DNA from: Eledone cirrhosa
Lineage: Eukaryota
Reading direction: 5' to 3'
Assembly (NCBI GenBank): GCA_964016885.1
Contig: CAXHJY010000233.1
Coordinates: 1 to 19,036 of the forward strand
Length of the DNA: 19,036 nt
Made by a program: the position numbers and the translations under genes. Below the pieces are notes generated by a model. That model made no database searches. It was not told the DNA's origin and worked only from the letters and a program-made list of their open reading frames with translations. Shown here one piece after another: positions 1 to 9,779 of this stretch (its first letter is position 1; the number at the start of each line of letters is the position of its first letter).

Positions 1-388
1 AGTCAGACTGCAACTACAAATAAAAAAATTATTAGTTTGCTTTGTAACAATAGCATATCTAAGTTTTCGGATAAATTAACTTACTTTAACTTTGACCTCA
101 TTTCAATGGGACCCTTGAGCTTCATGGAGTCTAGCTAACTCGTTGACATGAGGCTGAATTTTTCTAAGATCTAGCCAGAGATCTCCACGTGTAATTACAT
201 TGTAGTGGTTGCGAGACTTACTGTGCAGTCTGGAAACAGCACCAAACCTCCCCTCGACTAAGTATGAGCTTGGAAAAGGCAAAGCAAATCTCTTAGCCTC
301 TGCATGTAGGTGTGGAAATTAACGCTGAATTTTCTCTTGCATCCCAAAAAGGGGTTCACCTATTTTGGGAAATCTAATTTTGATCATG

Positions 389-1098
389 TCGAGGTTAACT
401 TTGCTTTCATCCTTACGGGGTCGATACCAGTAATGTACTGGGTAATTTCTGGCCTTGTGCCAAAAGTATAAACAATTATATTACATTACATTATATTATA
501 TTAAGGCGGAGGATTGGCAGTATCGGTAGAGAGTCGGACGCCATGTTTCAAGCAGAGTTACGTCTCTTTACGGTCTGAGTCCAAGTCCCGTCGAGGTTAA
601 CTTTGCCTTTCACCCTTACGGGGTCGATAAAATAAAGTACCAGTAATACACTGGGTAATTGCTGGCCTTGTGTCAAAAGTAGAAACAATTATATTATATT
701 ATATCATATTATATTACATTATATTAAGTTATATTATATTATATTATATTATATTATATTATGTGAATTGGCAGTATCGGTAGAGGGTTGGACGCCATGC
801 TTTCTAGCATAGTTACGTCCCTTTACAAAGTTCAAATCCCGCCGAGGTTAACTTTGCCTTTCATCCTTACGGGGTCGATAAAATAAAGTACCAGTCACGC
901 ACTGGGGTCGATTTAATCGACTTTACTCTCTCCCAAAATTGCTGGCCTTGTGCCTATATAAGAAACCATTATATTCGAGGTTAACTTTGCCTTTCATCCT
1001 TACGGGGTCGATAAATTAAACTACCAGTAATGTACTGATATAATTGCTGGCCTTGTGCCAAAAGTAGAAATAATTACATTATATTATGTTATATTATA
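389..1098 (+). mobile_element. Tandem array of four copies of an octopus-type tRNA-derived SINE with (ATATT)n tails
   Basis: Copies at about 389-503, 505-762, 763-974 and 975-1098 share variants of GAGGTTAACTTTGCCTTTCATCCTTACGGGGTCGATA..CTGGCCTTGTG. Copies 2 and 3 have an A box (TGGCAGTATCGG) and a B-box-like GTTCAAATCC or variant. Confidence 0.9.
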
Positions 1099-1463
1099 AC
1101 ATGTACTAACATGTTGGACTAACGTACAAAGAAGTAACAATGTTATAGATTATTCAATACACTGAATATTATAACAAAATAATTGACAGCTCACAAAATG
1201 CAACTTCAGATTCAATCTTTCGATCTTCTCGTTAATAAGATAAAAAGGCGGTAGATTAGAATACCAATTTAAAGAATAATAGACAAGGAACATAATCGTA
1301 TAGCTAAATAATGTCATAGTTTTATGATTTAAACGGCCTGTTTAAATTGTAAAGGGTTAGGGTGGAAAAGGGGATCAAAGACATTGATGACATCTTACTG
1401 TTTGGGAAGTTTTCTTTGCGTTGAGTTTCTCATTATTCTATAAATTCTTATACATTCATGCTT

Positions 1464-1525
<62 letters not shown>

Positions 1526-1528
<3 letters not shown>

Positions 1529-2985
1529 TAGCGAGGTTTTTTATATGAAATCGTGTGTCGAAACAAATATTGTTATACTTGGGGAGGGTCATTTTTGTGT
1601 AATATTGCCAGAATTAATAACAGAACACACTCACTGTTTGGTTGGTTTTCGCTTCTGTGTCCTTTATATCGGTTAATTTAATTTTTTCGGTCCTCAATGT
1701 TACCATTGACTGACCAACGGTCAAAAATACAGATACAATATAGACACAACCACATATATATAGTCTAACAAAGTTCTTTCGTTCCACATCTACAACATCG
1801 TCAGTGGTGCTATTATGTTTCCTCCCGTTGCATTGTATCCCTACGCCATCTTTATTTAGTCTGTTTATTTATTTATTTATTTGTTTATTTTTTTGTCTTC
1901 TCTGCGCATGCATTTGCGTGTGTGTATTGTGTTTTGTTTGGTGTGTGTTCGTGTTTGGGTGACTGTGTATTGGTTATTGTATTCTATCTTAGTTTACTAG
2001 TGTGTGTTTATATGTGTTTGTTGTTATTGTGCTTGTGTATGTATTTATTTATTTAGACTTCTCTTAGGTCAGTGTTGTTTGTTTGGGTGTTGTTATTCCA
2101 TTCATTTTTTTCTGTTTAGCCTTGGCTTTCTAAGTTCTATTTCGCTGGCCTCTCTGTTTTGCCTATCTGCTGTGTTATTTCTATGTTTAGATATTATTCT
2201 AATTTCTATGTTGTCTATGTTACCGTCGTGTTGTTGTCTGGCATGTTCGTATAGTACTGAACCGTTTTTTCGTCCTTTTAGTTCCCCCCAGTGTTGGTCT
2301 ATCCTTTCACCTATGCTACGAGCTGTCTCGCCTAGGTATGTTGTTGTCATGTTTCTGCAAGTACCCTCTGTACATCTTATGCTATAGACTACGTTTCTAG
2401 TTTTACAGTTTATCTGGGGGTTTACTTTACATATGATACATTTCCTATTAGTACAGTGGGTTTTCTTAAAAGGGTAGGTTTTGCTGATCAGGGATTTTAT
2501 GGTGGTTCCTGGCTTTTCTACCACATTAATCTTTAAGTGGGTCTTTCTCGGGGCCTTTCTACACTGGTTAGCAAATTTCCCTCCAGGGGTAGCGTCCACA
2601 AATATGACACTCTGGTATCTCTGGTTGTCGTACCATGAGGTGGCTTTCCCTATCTTATGTCTAGCCCTATCTAAGCTATTCCATGATTTGCTCCTGTATA
2701 ATGAGCAAATTCCTTTCATGTCCAGTTCTATGAGGGTCTTATACTTCTCCGTGGCTCCTTCGTATACTCTAATTCTGTCTCTTTGGTTGTAGCCAGAGAA
2801 CTGCATTCGGTTGATGAAGTGTTGGATGTGTCTTTCCATTTCTGTTGGGTCGCACATGCGGGACTCGTTCTTCATCACTCGTACCAAGTCTGCGATCAGA
2901 ATATTAAACTTAGCACTACTGGACATTGCTGAGTTTTTTAGTATCAGGTATTTGGAGGCCATGGGTTTAGCATAGTGTGAGTGGA

Positions 2986-2988
<3 letters not shown>
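1526..2988 (-). mobile_element. 5'-truncated Penelope-like element (second family)
   Basis: Starts directly at the (TA)n tract at 2988-3022. Has a thumb + GIY-YIG frame, a CA-rich 3' UTR and a sense HHR at 1767-1808. The 3' end is either at the short TA run near 1753-1762 or at the (TA)n ending at 1525. Confidence 0.88.
1767..1808 (-). ncRNA. Minimal type I hammerhead ribozyme motif in a PLE 3' UTR
   Basis: ACCA-CTGACGA-T-GTT(gtagatgtgg)AAC-GAAA-G(AA)CT-T-TGTT. Intact core boxes, 3-bp stem II, 3/4-bp stem I. Confidence 0.7.

Positions 2989-2989
<1 letters not shown>
2102..2989 (-). CDS. PLE RT thumb/linker + GIY-YIG endonuclease, N-terminally truncated (tentatively Nematis/Neptune-like)
   Basis: The open frame extends upstream of the listed ORF as ILHSHYAKPMAS. 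Motifs: SGY, SVIFVDATPG, HCTNRKCIIC..C linker, NVVYSIRCTEGTC..YLGETARSIGERIDQH, LYEH, RQNREASEI..PRLN. The clade assignment is from recall only. Confidence 0.9.
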
Positions 2990-3022
<33 letters not shown>

Positions 3023-3026
<4 letters not shown>

Positions 3027-3295
3027 GATTTAGCTTCGAGCATAGCTGTATACAGATATGTATTGGAATTTTGTATTTCTAAAGAAATACGATATGTTTA
3101 TAAATAAACATTTAGAAAGCCGTGACTATGCAAAAACACCGCAGGCTATTGCCACCTGGCGGTGTCCGATCAGAAACAAGGGGGACAATCGTCGATGTAT
3201 TTCGAACTGAACTGCTTCTCATCAGGACGATCTCACCGGTTCATGCAACTGCTGGACTTGAAAACAGGCGAGAATCAATAGTTTTCTCATCTGAG
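3023..3295 (-). mobile_element. Short non-coding HHR-bearing unit between (TA)n tracts (PLE 3' end or retrozyme-like)
   Basis: About 270 nt, flanked by (TA)n on both sides, contains HHR 3188-3231, no recognisable coding sequence. Confidence 0.65.
3188..3231 (-). ncRNA. Minimal type I hammerhead ribozyme motif
   Basis: ATCGTC-CTGATGA-GAA(gcagttcag)TTC-GAAA-T(AC)AT-C-GACGAT. Perfect 6-bp stem I, intact core, AUC cleavage triplet. Confidence 0.88.
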
Positions 3296-3342
3296 TATAT
3301 ATATATATATATATATATACTCAGATGAGAAAACTATTGATT
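3273..3342. repeat. Perfect palindrome: 23-bp unique arms around (TA)12
   Basis: AATCAATAGTTTTCTCATCTGAG-(TA)12-CTCAGATGAGAAAACTATTGATT. Confidence 0.97.
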
Positions 3343-3676
3343 ATTTCTGAAGACGGCGTATGTATGAGTTAGGTATGTATATTTAATCTTGATAATTTGT
3401 ATAATTTTGTATAATTTTGTACATAGATCTGTTAAATATGCATACCAATTATAACACATATATACCCTAGAAACGATCGTTAAATAGTGAACTTTTTTTG
3501 TTTAATATAAGGAATTGTTTGTTCATTATTTGTTTAACATTTTATCTTGACTCTGTATACCATTTATCTTTCACCGAAATTGGATTTTCATTACATCTCT
3601 TCTTTCCATGATATCCGGAATACATTGAGTTCTTCATACGGATTGGACACTACCGTAAACTCTTGGTAGATTTATC

Positions 3677-3679
<3 letters not shown>
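3320..3679 (+). mobile_element. Short non-coding HHR-bearing unit between (TA)n tracts (PLE 3' end or retrozyme-like)
   Basis: About 360 nt, flanked by (TA)n, contains HHR 3342-3486 followed by a T-rich tail. Confidence 0.65.
3342..3486 (+). ncRNA. Type I hammerhead ribozyme motif with a 116-nt extended stem II
   Basis: TATTT-CTGAAGA (3347-3353)..GAAA (3470-3473)-C(GATC)GT-T-AAATA. The intervening arms pair as 3358-3371 with 3452-3465 and 3372-3386 with 3432-3446. Confidence 0.8.
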
Positions 3680-3772
<93 letters not shown>

Positions 3773-3807
3773 TCTCTCCCTCTCTCTCTCTATATATATA
3801 TATATAT
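3679..3807. repeat. Compound (TA)n-(TC)n-(TA)n microsatellite
   Basis: Directly visible. Confidence 0.97.
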
Positions 3808-4015
3808 CTTTAAGTCGTTTGGAAGCCTCGACAATGCAAATGGGTAAATCTCCGGGTAACAAGGTCCGGTGGTCGAGAGAGAGATGTAAGTGGGTGTACG
3901 TTGAGATGCGTGGTGTGTATAAGATGTGTGAAATGTGTAGAATGAGGGAAGAGTATAAAGGTTAAAATAAAAATAACAACACAAGAGAGAGTTACCTTGG
4001 GAGAGATTTAATAGT

Positions 4016-4051
4016 CCCTATATATTTCGGATTCACATCCATCAACTGGGG
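4016..4051 (-). ncRNA. Degenerate type I hammerhead motif in the 3' UTR of the long PLE
   Basis: CCC-CAGTTGA-T-GGAT(GTGA)ATCC-GAAA-TATATA-GGG. All three stems are present, but there are two substitutions in the CUGANGA box. Confidence 0.6.
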
Positions 4052-4288
4052 TTTTTTCCGGGGTGGGGGAAAAGGTTGTCTGTCGGACAAGTCCGGAACA
4101 CGTCTTTCGCTGTTTGTTGTTTTGAATATCTGAGGTATTCGGCAGAGCGCGCGTGCGCGTGAAATGGGGTCGGTCGTACAGAGGTCAGCAGCCGAATGAG
4201 GGAGTGGGATGGCGCTAGCTGTCAGTCCATTCTCTGCCTGTTTGTTAAATGTTACTATGTGTGTGTGTGCGTGTGTTGTTGTCTCGCT

Positions 4289-4347
<59 letters not shown>

Positions 4348-4489
4348 TGTTGCCTTGTTCATCTGTATTGGCAGTGTAGTATGTTCGTATGGTAGAATGC
4401 TACTGTGTGTGTGTGCGTGTGTGTGTGTAGTTGTCTCGTTTGCGTGTGTGTGTGTGCGTGTGTTGTGTGTTGTTGCATCGCTTGTTAAC

Positions 4490-7114
4490 TTAAACCAGCC
4501 ATTTCATTTCGCTTCTCTCTGATCGGTTGTTTATTTGCGGTTGCAGTCGTTTGATAAAAAGCGCTTCCTTGATACGTAACGTGCCGACGTTTCTTTCAGT
4601 CGCTAGAATTGTGACAATGGGCCTTCCGTCTTTGTTTCCGCATTTGTCTATGTGTTTCCGGAAAGACGAGGCCCTGGTTTTAGTGTGTTCCTTGATCCGG
4701 ATGTGCAAAGGTCGAATTGTGCTACCTATGTAGTATTGGTTGCACCTGTCACATTCTATCTTATACACGACGTATGTGCGTAGGCAACAGTTAGCATGGC
4801 GTATCGGGCAGTCTCTGAGGGAGCATGCGTCAGTAGATTTTTCGGGTTTCCTGGAGAGGCATCTTCGCAGGGAGGGGCCTGAGTGGGCCAGGTGGATGTC
4901 GAGGCCCTCCCTCCGTATAGCCTTGCGGATAGCGTTGGTGGTTTTCTCGCCCAGGTGTGGCATTTTAAGGAAGCACTTGCCTTGGGTGCTTCTCTGTCTC
5001 TTGCGTCTGGTGTCTCCTATTCTGTCTGTGATCGAGGTAGGGTACCCGTTCGTCTCCAGCACCTCGAGGAATCGCTTGGTATGAGTGACACCACTCGCGG
5101 GATCGCTGCATCTGTTTTTGATTCGCGCGATCTCGTTCGTGATGTATCCTCTTTTGGCACTGTTAGGGACGGCGGACTTGTAGTGAACGAATAGGTCCCT
5201 GAAGGCTGCCTTTCTGTAGAAGTTGCAGTGGATCCCTCCTTGTTCCGTGATGTTGATTTGGAAGTCGAGGTGGGCAAGTGACCCGTCTTCGTTGGGGTGT
5301 TCAACACTGAAGTCAATGTTCTCGTCCGTGTTGTTGAACGTCTCATAGATTCTGTTCGCCGTGTCTTGGGAAGATGTGAGGATGAGGATATCGTCCACGT
5401 ATCTTGAGAAAAAGGCTACGGCGTTGGGGTGGCAGGCGTTGAGTGCCTTGCGTTCGAGGTTGTCCATGTAGGAGATCGCTAGCACACCTGATAGGCTTGA
5501 TCCCATGGGCATCCCGAGGTTTGTTGGTATATTTGGTCAAGGAATCCGAAGTAGGTGTTGTCGACGACGATGGATAGGAGTTGGTGGCTGTCAGTGGTGG
5601 TGAGCCCGAAGCAGTGTAGGTCGGTGGATTGGACGCGTTCCATTAGTATATTGACGGCCGGGAGTGCCGGGACCGAGGTGTAGAGAGCGACTACATCAAG
5701 GCTGAAGGCATATCTGTTATTCCTTCTGGTGTCGGGATCCATTTGATGCAGGCGCTTCAACATCTCCTCGGAGCTGTTAACGTGTCCCGGCAAGGTGTCT
5801 AAGATGGGATTGAGTATTCTGGCTAGGAGCCATGAAATTTTGTAGAGTGGTCCCTCCACGCTCGATACGATGGGCCTGATTTTCAGTTCGGGTCCCTGTT
5901 TGTGTGTTTTCACGAGGTGGTAGAAGGCGGGTAGTCTGCTGTTCCTCGTGAGGAGGTTGTATCTCAGCTTCTTCGGGAGCTTCCGCCGGTCGCAGATGTT
6001 GGTCCAGGCGGAGTTGATGTGTTCTTCTATCTGCGCGGGAGTGATTCCCGTGACCTTGGAGTAGAGGTTGTCATCGTCAAGGTGTTGGAGGGCCAGGGTG
6101 TTGTAGGCCTCTCTGCTGATGACGCAGAATTCTTTTCCCTTGTCGGAGGGGAAATAGATGAGGTTCTTCGATTTTAGGTTGGAGAGAGTGGTGAGTTGAG
6201 ATTTGGTGAGGTTATGTGTTGTGCGTGTGTGTGTGAGTTTGTGAAGTATATCCGAGATGGAGTGTTTTAGCCTGATGAGTTTAGTGTCGAGTTCGTGGTT
6301 GGTGGGTGGGGGGTGGAGTGGGTTGTCGGGGTGGTAAGTGGGGAACTTGGGGTGGGTTGTGTCGGCGCTGTTATTATCTGTGGCGCTGTTGATAGCGGTC
6401 ACCCATTTAAGTTGGTAAGCGGCTCGACAAAAGTTGACCTCGATGTTGAGTTTGAGTCTGTCGTCGAGACGTTGTGTGACGATGAACTTAGGTCCGAGGT
6501 GTAGGAGTTTCAGCTCGTCGCTCGTGAGAGTGCCGGTTAGGTTGGTGACCAGGTGCGTCGCATCGTTGAGGTATGGCTCGGTGTTGGTGGTTGCGGCGGT
6601 GGCGGTTGTTAAGTTGTTGTTTTCCACGTGGTTCTGGTCCGTCTGTTCGTTAGTGTCGATGTTCTCGTTGTGGCGTTTCGACAAGATCCACTCATATTTT
6701 CGCTTGAGCCGTTTTTTCTCGTATTGGACTCTGGAGTGGTAGCACTGGTCGATTGCTTTAGTGATTTTTAGGAGCAAGTCTCCGGGTGCTATAGGCAGTC
6801 GATGTGTCCGCTCTGAGAGTGTCCACTTATGGACGTGTAATTGGCGGTTGAGTTGTCTCAGGATCTGTTTAATACACGTGCGATGTATGCGGTTAGTGGT
6901 GTTTTGGAAGGCTGGTGTACGTAGGCTTACTGGTAAGCGGATGTTCTTGATGGTGTTGGGGATGACATCGTTTTTTTAGGCAGCGTTTCAGGAAAATAAT
7001 TTGGCAGCCAGCGTTGGCCCATTTCTCCGACAGTCTAAACAGTTCCCTTACGGATGCAAACAATTCCTGGCTCAGGTGTAAGGATAAGAGAGTATTGAAG
7101 TTTGCTTGAAGCAT
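4490..7114 (-). pseudogene. PLE reverse transcriptase / GIY-YIG endonuclease polyprotein (about 874 aa) with two 1-nt frameshifts
   Basis: ATG at 7114 gives MLQANF..IFLKRCLK. An extra A in the A7 run (6971-6977) shifts into NDVIPNTIKNIRLP.., which is continuous with ORF 5479-6777 (PSDKG, FYHLVKTHK, IRPIVS, FSLDVVALYTSVP). A 1-nt deletion near 5512 (YQQTSG|PMGSSLSG) shifts into ORF 4490-5512 (RYVDDIL, HLDF, FYRK, VVYKIECDRCNQYYIGST..RIKEH, EALFI..P.IN). Confidence 0.93.
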
Positions 7115-7125
7115 TGTGGAACAAT

Positions 7126-7143
7126 AAGTAAATATCAAAGATA

Positions 7144-7197
<54 letters not shown>
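7126..7197. repeat. Imperfect palindrome: 20-bp arms around (AT)16
   Basis: 7126-7145 and 7178-7197 are complementary at 17/20 positions (..TCAAAGATACG / CGTGTCTTTGA..). Confidence 0.8.
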
Positions 7198-7552
<355 letters not shown>

Positions 7553-8029
7553 AGGAATATTTTCGAAACAGCGAGTTGGTTTGAAATTATTAGAAATGTT
7601 AGCTATCGTCGTATTTTTGACTAAAGAAATTAAAGAACTTATTTAGCCTGATAGTGGGGTTAAGAACCCTCGGAGAAATGGAAAATATGAGTATTGACGT
7701 ACATGGGAGATACATATATATACATAGGTGTGTGTGCGTGTGTATAGTTAATTGTCTCTTATTCTTAGATGTCAGAAAGAAATGATAAGATATATTAATA
7801 AATTACCTACCCAAAGAAGTAATATGATATATTAAAACAAGCCAATATCACTTGGGGGGGTGGGGGGGGGGCGATATAAGCTAGATCGATTGAAATAAGT
7901 CGGATTTACTTATAGAGTTCCCCACCCATGGTTTCTGAAATTCAAAAAGCAACATTGACTATTCCAAGACATTGGAATAACCAATATTAGAAGAAGAAGA
8001 ATTCTGTCATCGGAGAAAGATGTCTTTGG

Positions 8030-8600
8030 AATAAGATAAGTTGTAAGGCCTTAAACAAGTCCCAGATAACGTAGTCGTATGCCCTTTCCAGGTCAACGAA
8101 ACAAGCATACACCTCTTGGCAATACTCGCACAATATCTCGAAGACATGTGAATATTTAGTCGGTTGTGCTTCATCTGAGACGAAAACCCCACTGTTCGTC
8201 TGCTACCTTAGACTTGACAATATCCCTAAATCTCTTTGTTAGACACTTATTGTAGACTTTCCCAGCGAGGCTTAACTATAATTGGAGCAATCTCTTCTGT
8301 CTCCCTTTTTGAAAAATTGGATTATTACTACCGATTGCCATTGCTTTGGTGCCTTTCTAGAGTTCCAGGCCATCCAGGATACGTGAGTCAGGCAGAAGAT
8401 AACTTCGCTACGTAAGGCTTTTAACATCTCGGGCAAAATGTTATCCCCTTCAGAGGCCTTGCAACGTTTGAGCGTTTTAATTGCTCTGGAGACCTCAGCA
8501 TCCAAGAATTTAGCAATCGCTCTTAGATTCACCTCATTTGCGTTTGGTGGCGCCTATTCGGATGTAGCAATTGCGATTTAATAATGACAAAAAGACTGGC
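8030..8600 (-). pseudogene. Decayed RTE-clade LINE reverse transcriptase fragment
   Basis: KA.EGDNILPEMLK..PKQW..FKKGDRRDCSNY (ORF 8272-8532), then SLAGKVY..EQWGF and VYACFVDLERAYD (about 8065-8112), with frameshifts and stops. Confidence 0.88.
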
Positions 8601-8746
8601 GGTTGACCTGCGTCCCGTTCTGTGAGACATGTGATAGACGTAAAATGGTTGTGTATTCCTATACACCAAAGAGGGTCCAGAAAGAACTATGGTGGTGGAA
8701 TTTGGGATACAAGTCCCTGGCTGCAAAATGTGCTATGGAATGGATC

Positions 8747-9154
<408 letters not shown>

Positions 9155-9254
9155 GGGGGGTAGAACACTGGAAGGTAATATCCGTAGTGGTAGAGCACTC
9201 AGTCCATGGGACGAGTTAGGTAGAAGTGGTTACACAACAGTTAGTTCACCATAC

Positions 9255-9292
9255 CGGAAACAATTGTTTCACCTTAGCGGATCCTCAGCTCG
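9255..9292 (-). ncRNA. Hammerhead-like motif, left arm of the inverted repeat
   Basis: CGAG-CTGAGGA-TCCGCTAAGGT-GAAA-C(AATT)GT-T-TCCG. Core intact; stem I is imperfect and stem II is only 2 bp. Confidence 0.65.
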
Positions 9293-9303
9293 TAAAGTCA
9301 TTA

Positions 9304-9342
9304 CGAGCTGAGGATCTGCTAGAGGTCAAACAATTGTTCTCG
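9304..9342 (+). ncRNA. Hammerhead-like motif, right arm of the inverted repeat (GAAA changed to CAAA)
   Basis: CGAG-CTGAGGA-TCTGCTAGAGGT-CAAA-C(AATT)GT-T-CTCG. Perfect 4-bp stem I, but core G12 is mutated. Confidence 0.55.
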
Positions 9343-9374
9343 GTATGGTGAACTAACTGTTGTGTAACCACTTC

Positions 9375-9408
<34 letters not shown>

Positions 9409-9489
9409 ACGAAGGAAGTGTGGTAAGGAACCAGGTGGACCATAACGCACCAGAGTACTCGATACTTTGGGTAGTAGAGTGGGTAATAG

Positions 9490-9611
9490 GAAAAGAGTCA
9501 GGACCCCAACAGGTGAGCTCCGGCCGTTTCGATAGCTAGTTCTGAACTCCTAAGTTCAGAACTAGCTGTCGAAACGACCGGAGCTCAGCCGTAGGGATCC
9601 TGGCTCTTTTC
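9490..9611. repeat. Inverted repeat (59-bp arms, 4-nt spacer CCTA)
   Basis: 9490-9548 pairs with 9553-9611 with a few mismatches. The right arm ends at (CA)n. Confidence 0.93.
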
Positions 9612-9733
9612 TCACACACACACACACACATACCCACACACACACACACACCCCTCACCCCCCCCCCCCACACACACACATATATATATATATAAATTAC
9701 ACAACAATCAAAGCTATGTTCAAATCATGTTAT

Positions 9734-9779
9734 TGCTGACAATCGTTTCTTCCAAACTATCGTTTGAATCATCGGAGCA
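9734..9779 (-). ncRNA. Type I hammerhead ribozyme motif (U4C variant) near a PLE 3' end
   Basis: TGCT-CCGATGA-TTCAAAC(GATA)GTTTGGAA-GAAA-C(GATT)GT-C-AGCA. 4-bp stem I, 7-bp bulged stem II, GUC triplet. Confidence 0.82.

Larger units (their letters stand above)
3808..7145 (-). mobile_element. Penelope-like retroelement (C-terminal GIY-YIG type), essentially full coding length, inserted between (TA)n tracts
   Basis: Bounded by (TA)n at 3791-3807 and 7146-7177. Contains an RT + GIY-YIG coding region (4490-7114), a CA-rich 3' UTR and a degenerate sense-strand HHR (4016-4051). No pseudo-LTR copy is seen at the 5' end. Confidence 0.95.
9221..9376. repeat. Long inverted repeat (arms of about 75 bp, 5-nt spacer AGTCA)
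   Basis: 9221-9295 is the near-perfect reverse complement of 9301-9376, and each arm holds an HHR-like motif. Confidence 0.95.

Noticed and set aside
505-850. tRNA genes suggested by A/B boxes
   Set aside because: They are SINE heads followed by a SINE body and tail; no cloverleaf is evident.
1211-1240. Degenerate HHR-like strings here and near 3028-3055, 7648-7680 and 11765-11782
   Set aside because: Each has two or more core mismatches or lacks one box, with stems of 2-3 bp at best; not distinguishable from chance.
4527-6979. Plus-strand and alternate-frame ORFs overlapping the PLE coding regions (also 2004-2387 and 2481-2792)
   Set aside because: Antisense or off-frame shadows of the PLE ORFs with no motifs.
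6968-6980. Programmed ribosomal frameshift at the A7C run
   Set aside because: The needed shift is +1, not the -1 given by a slippery heptamer; a homopolymer indel is simpler.
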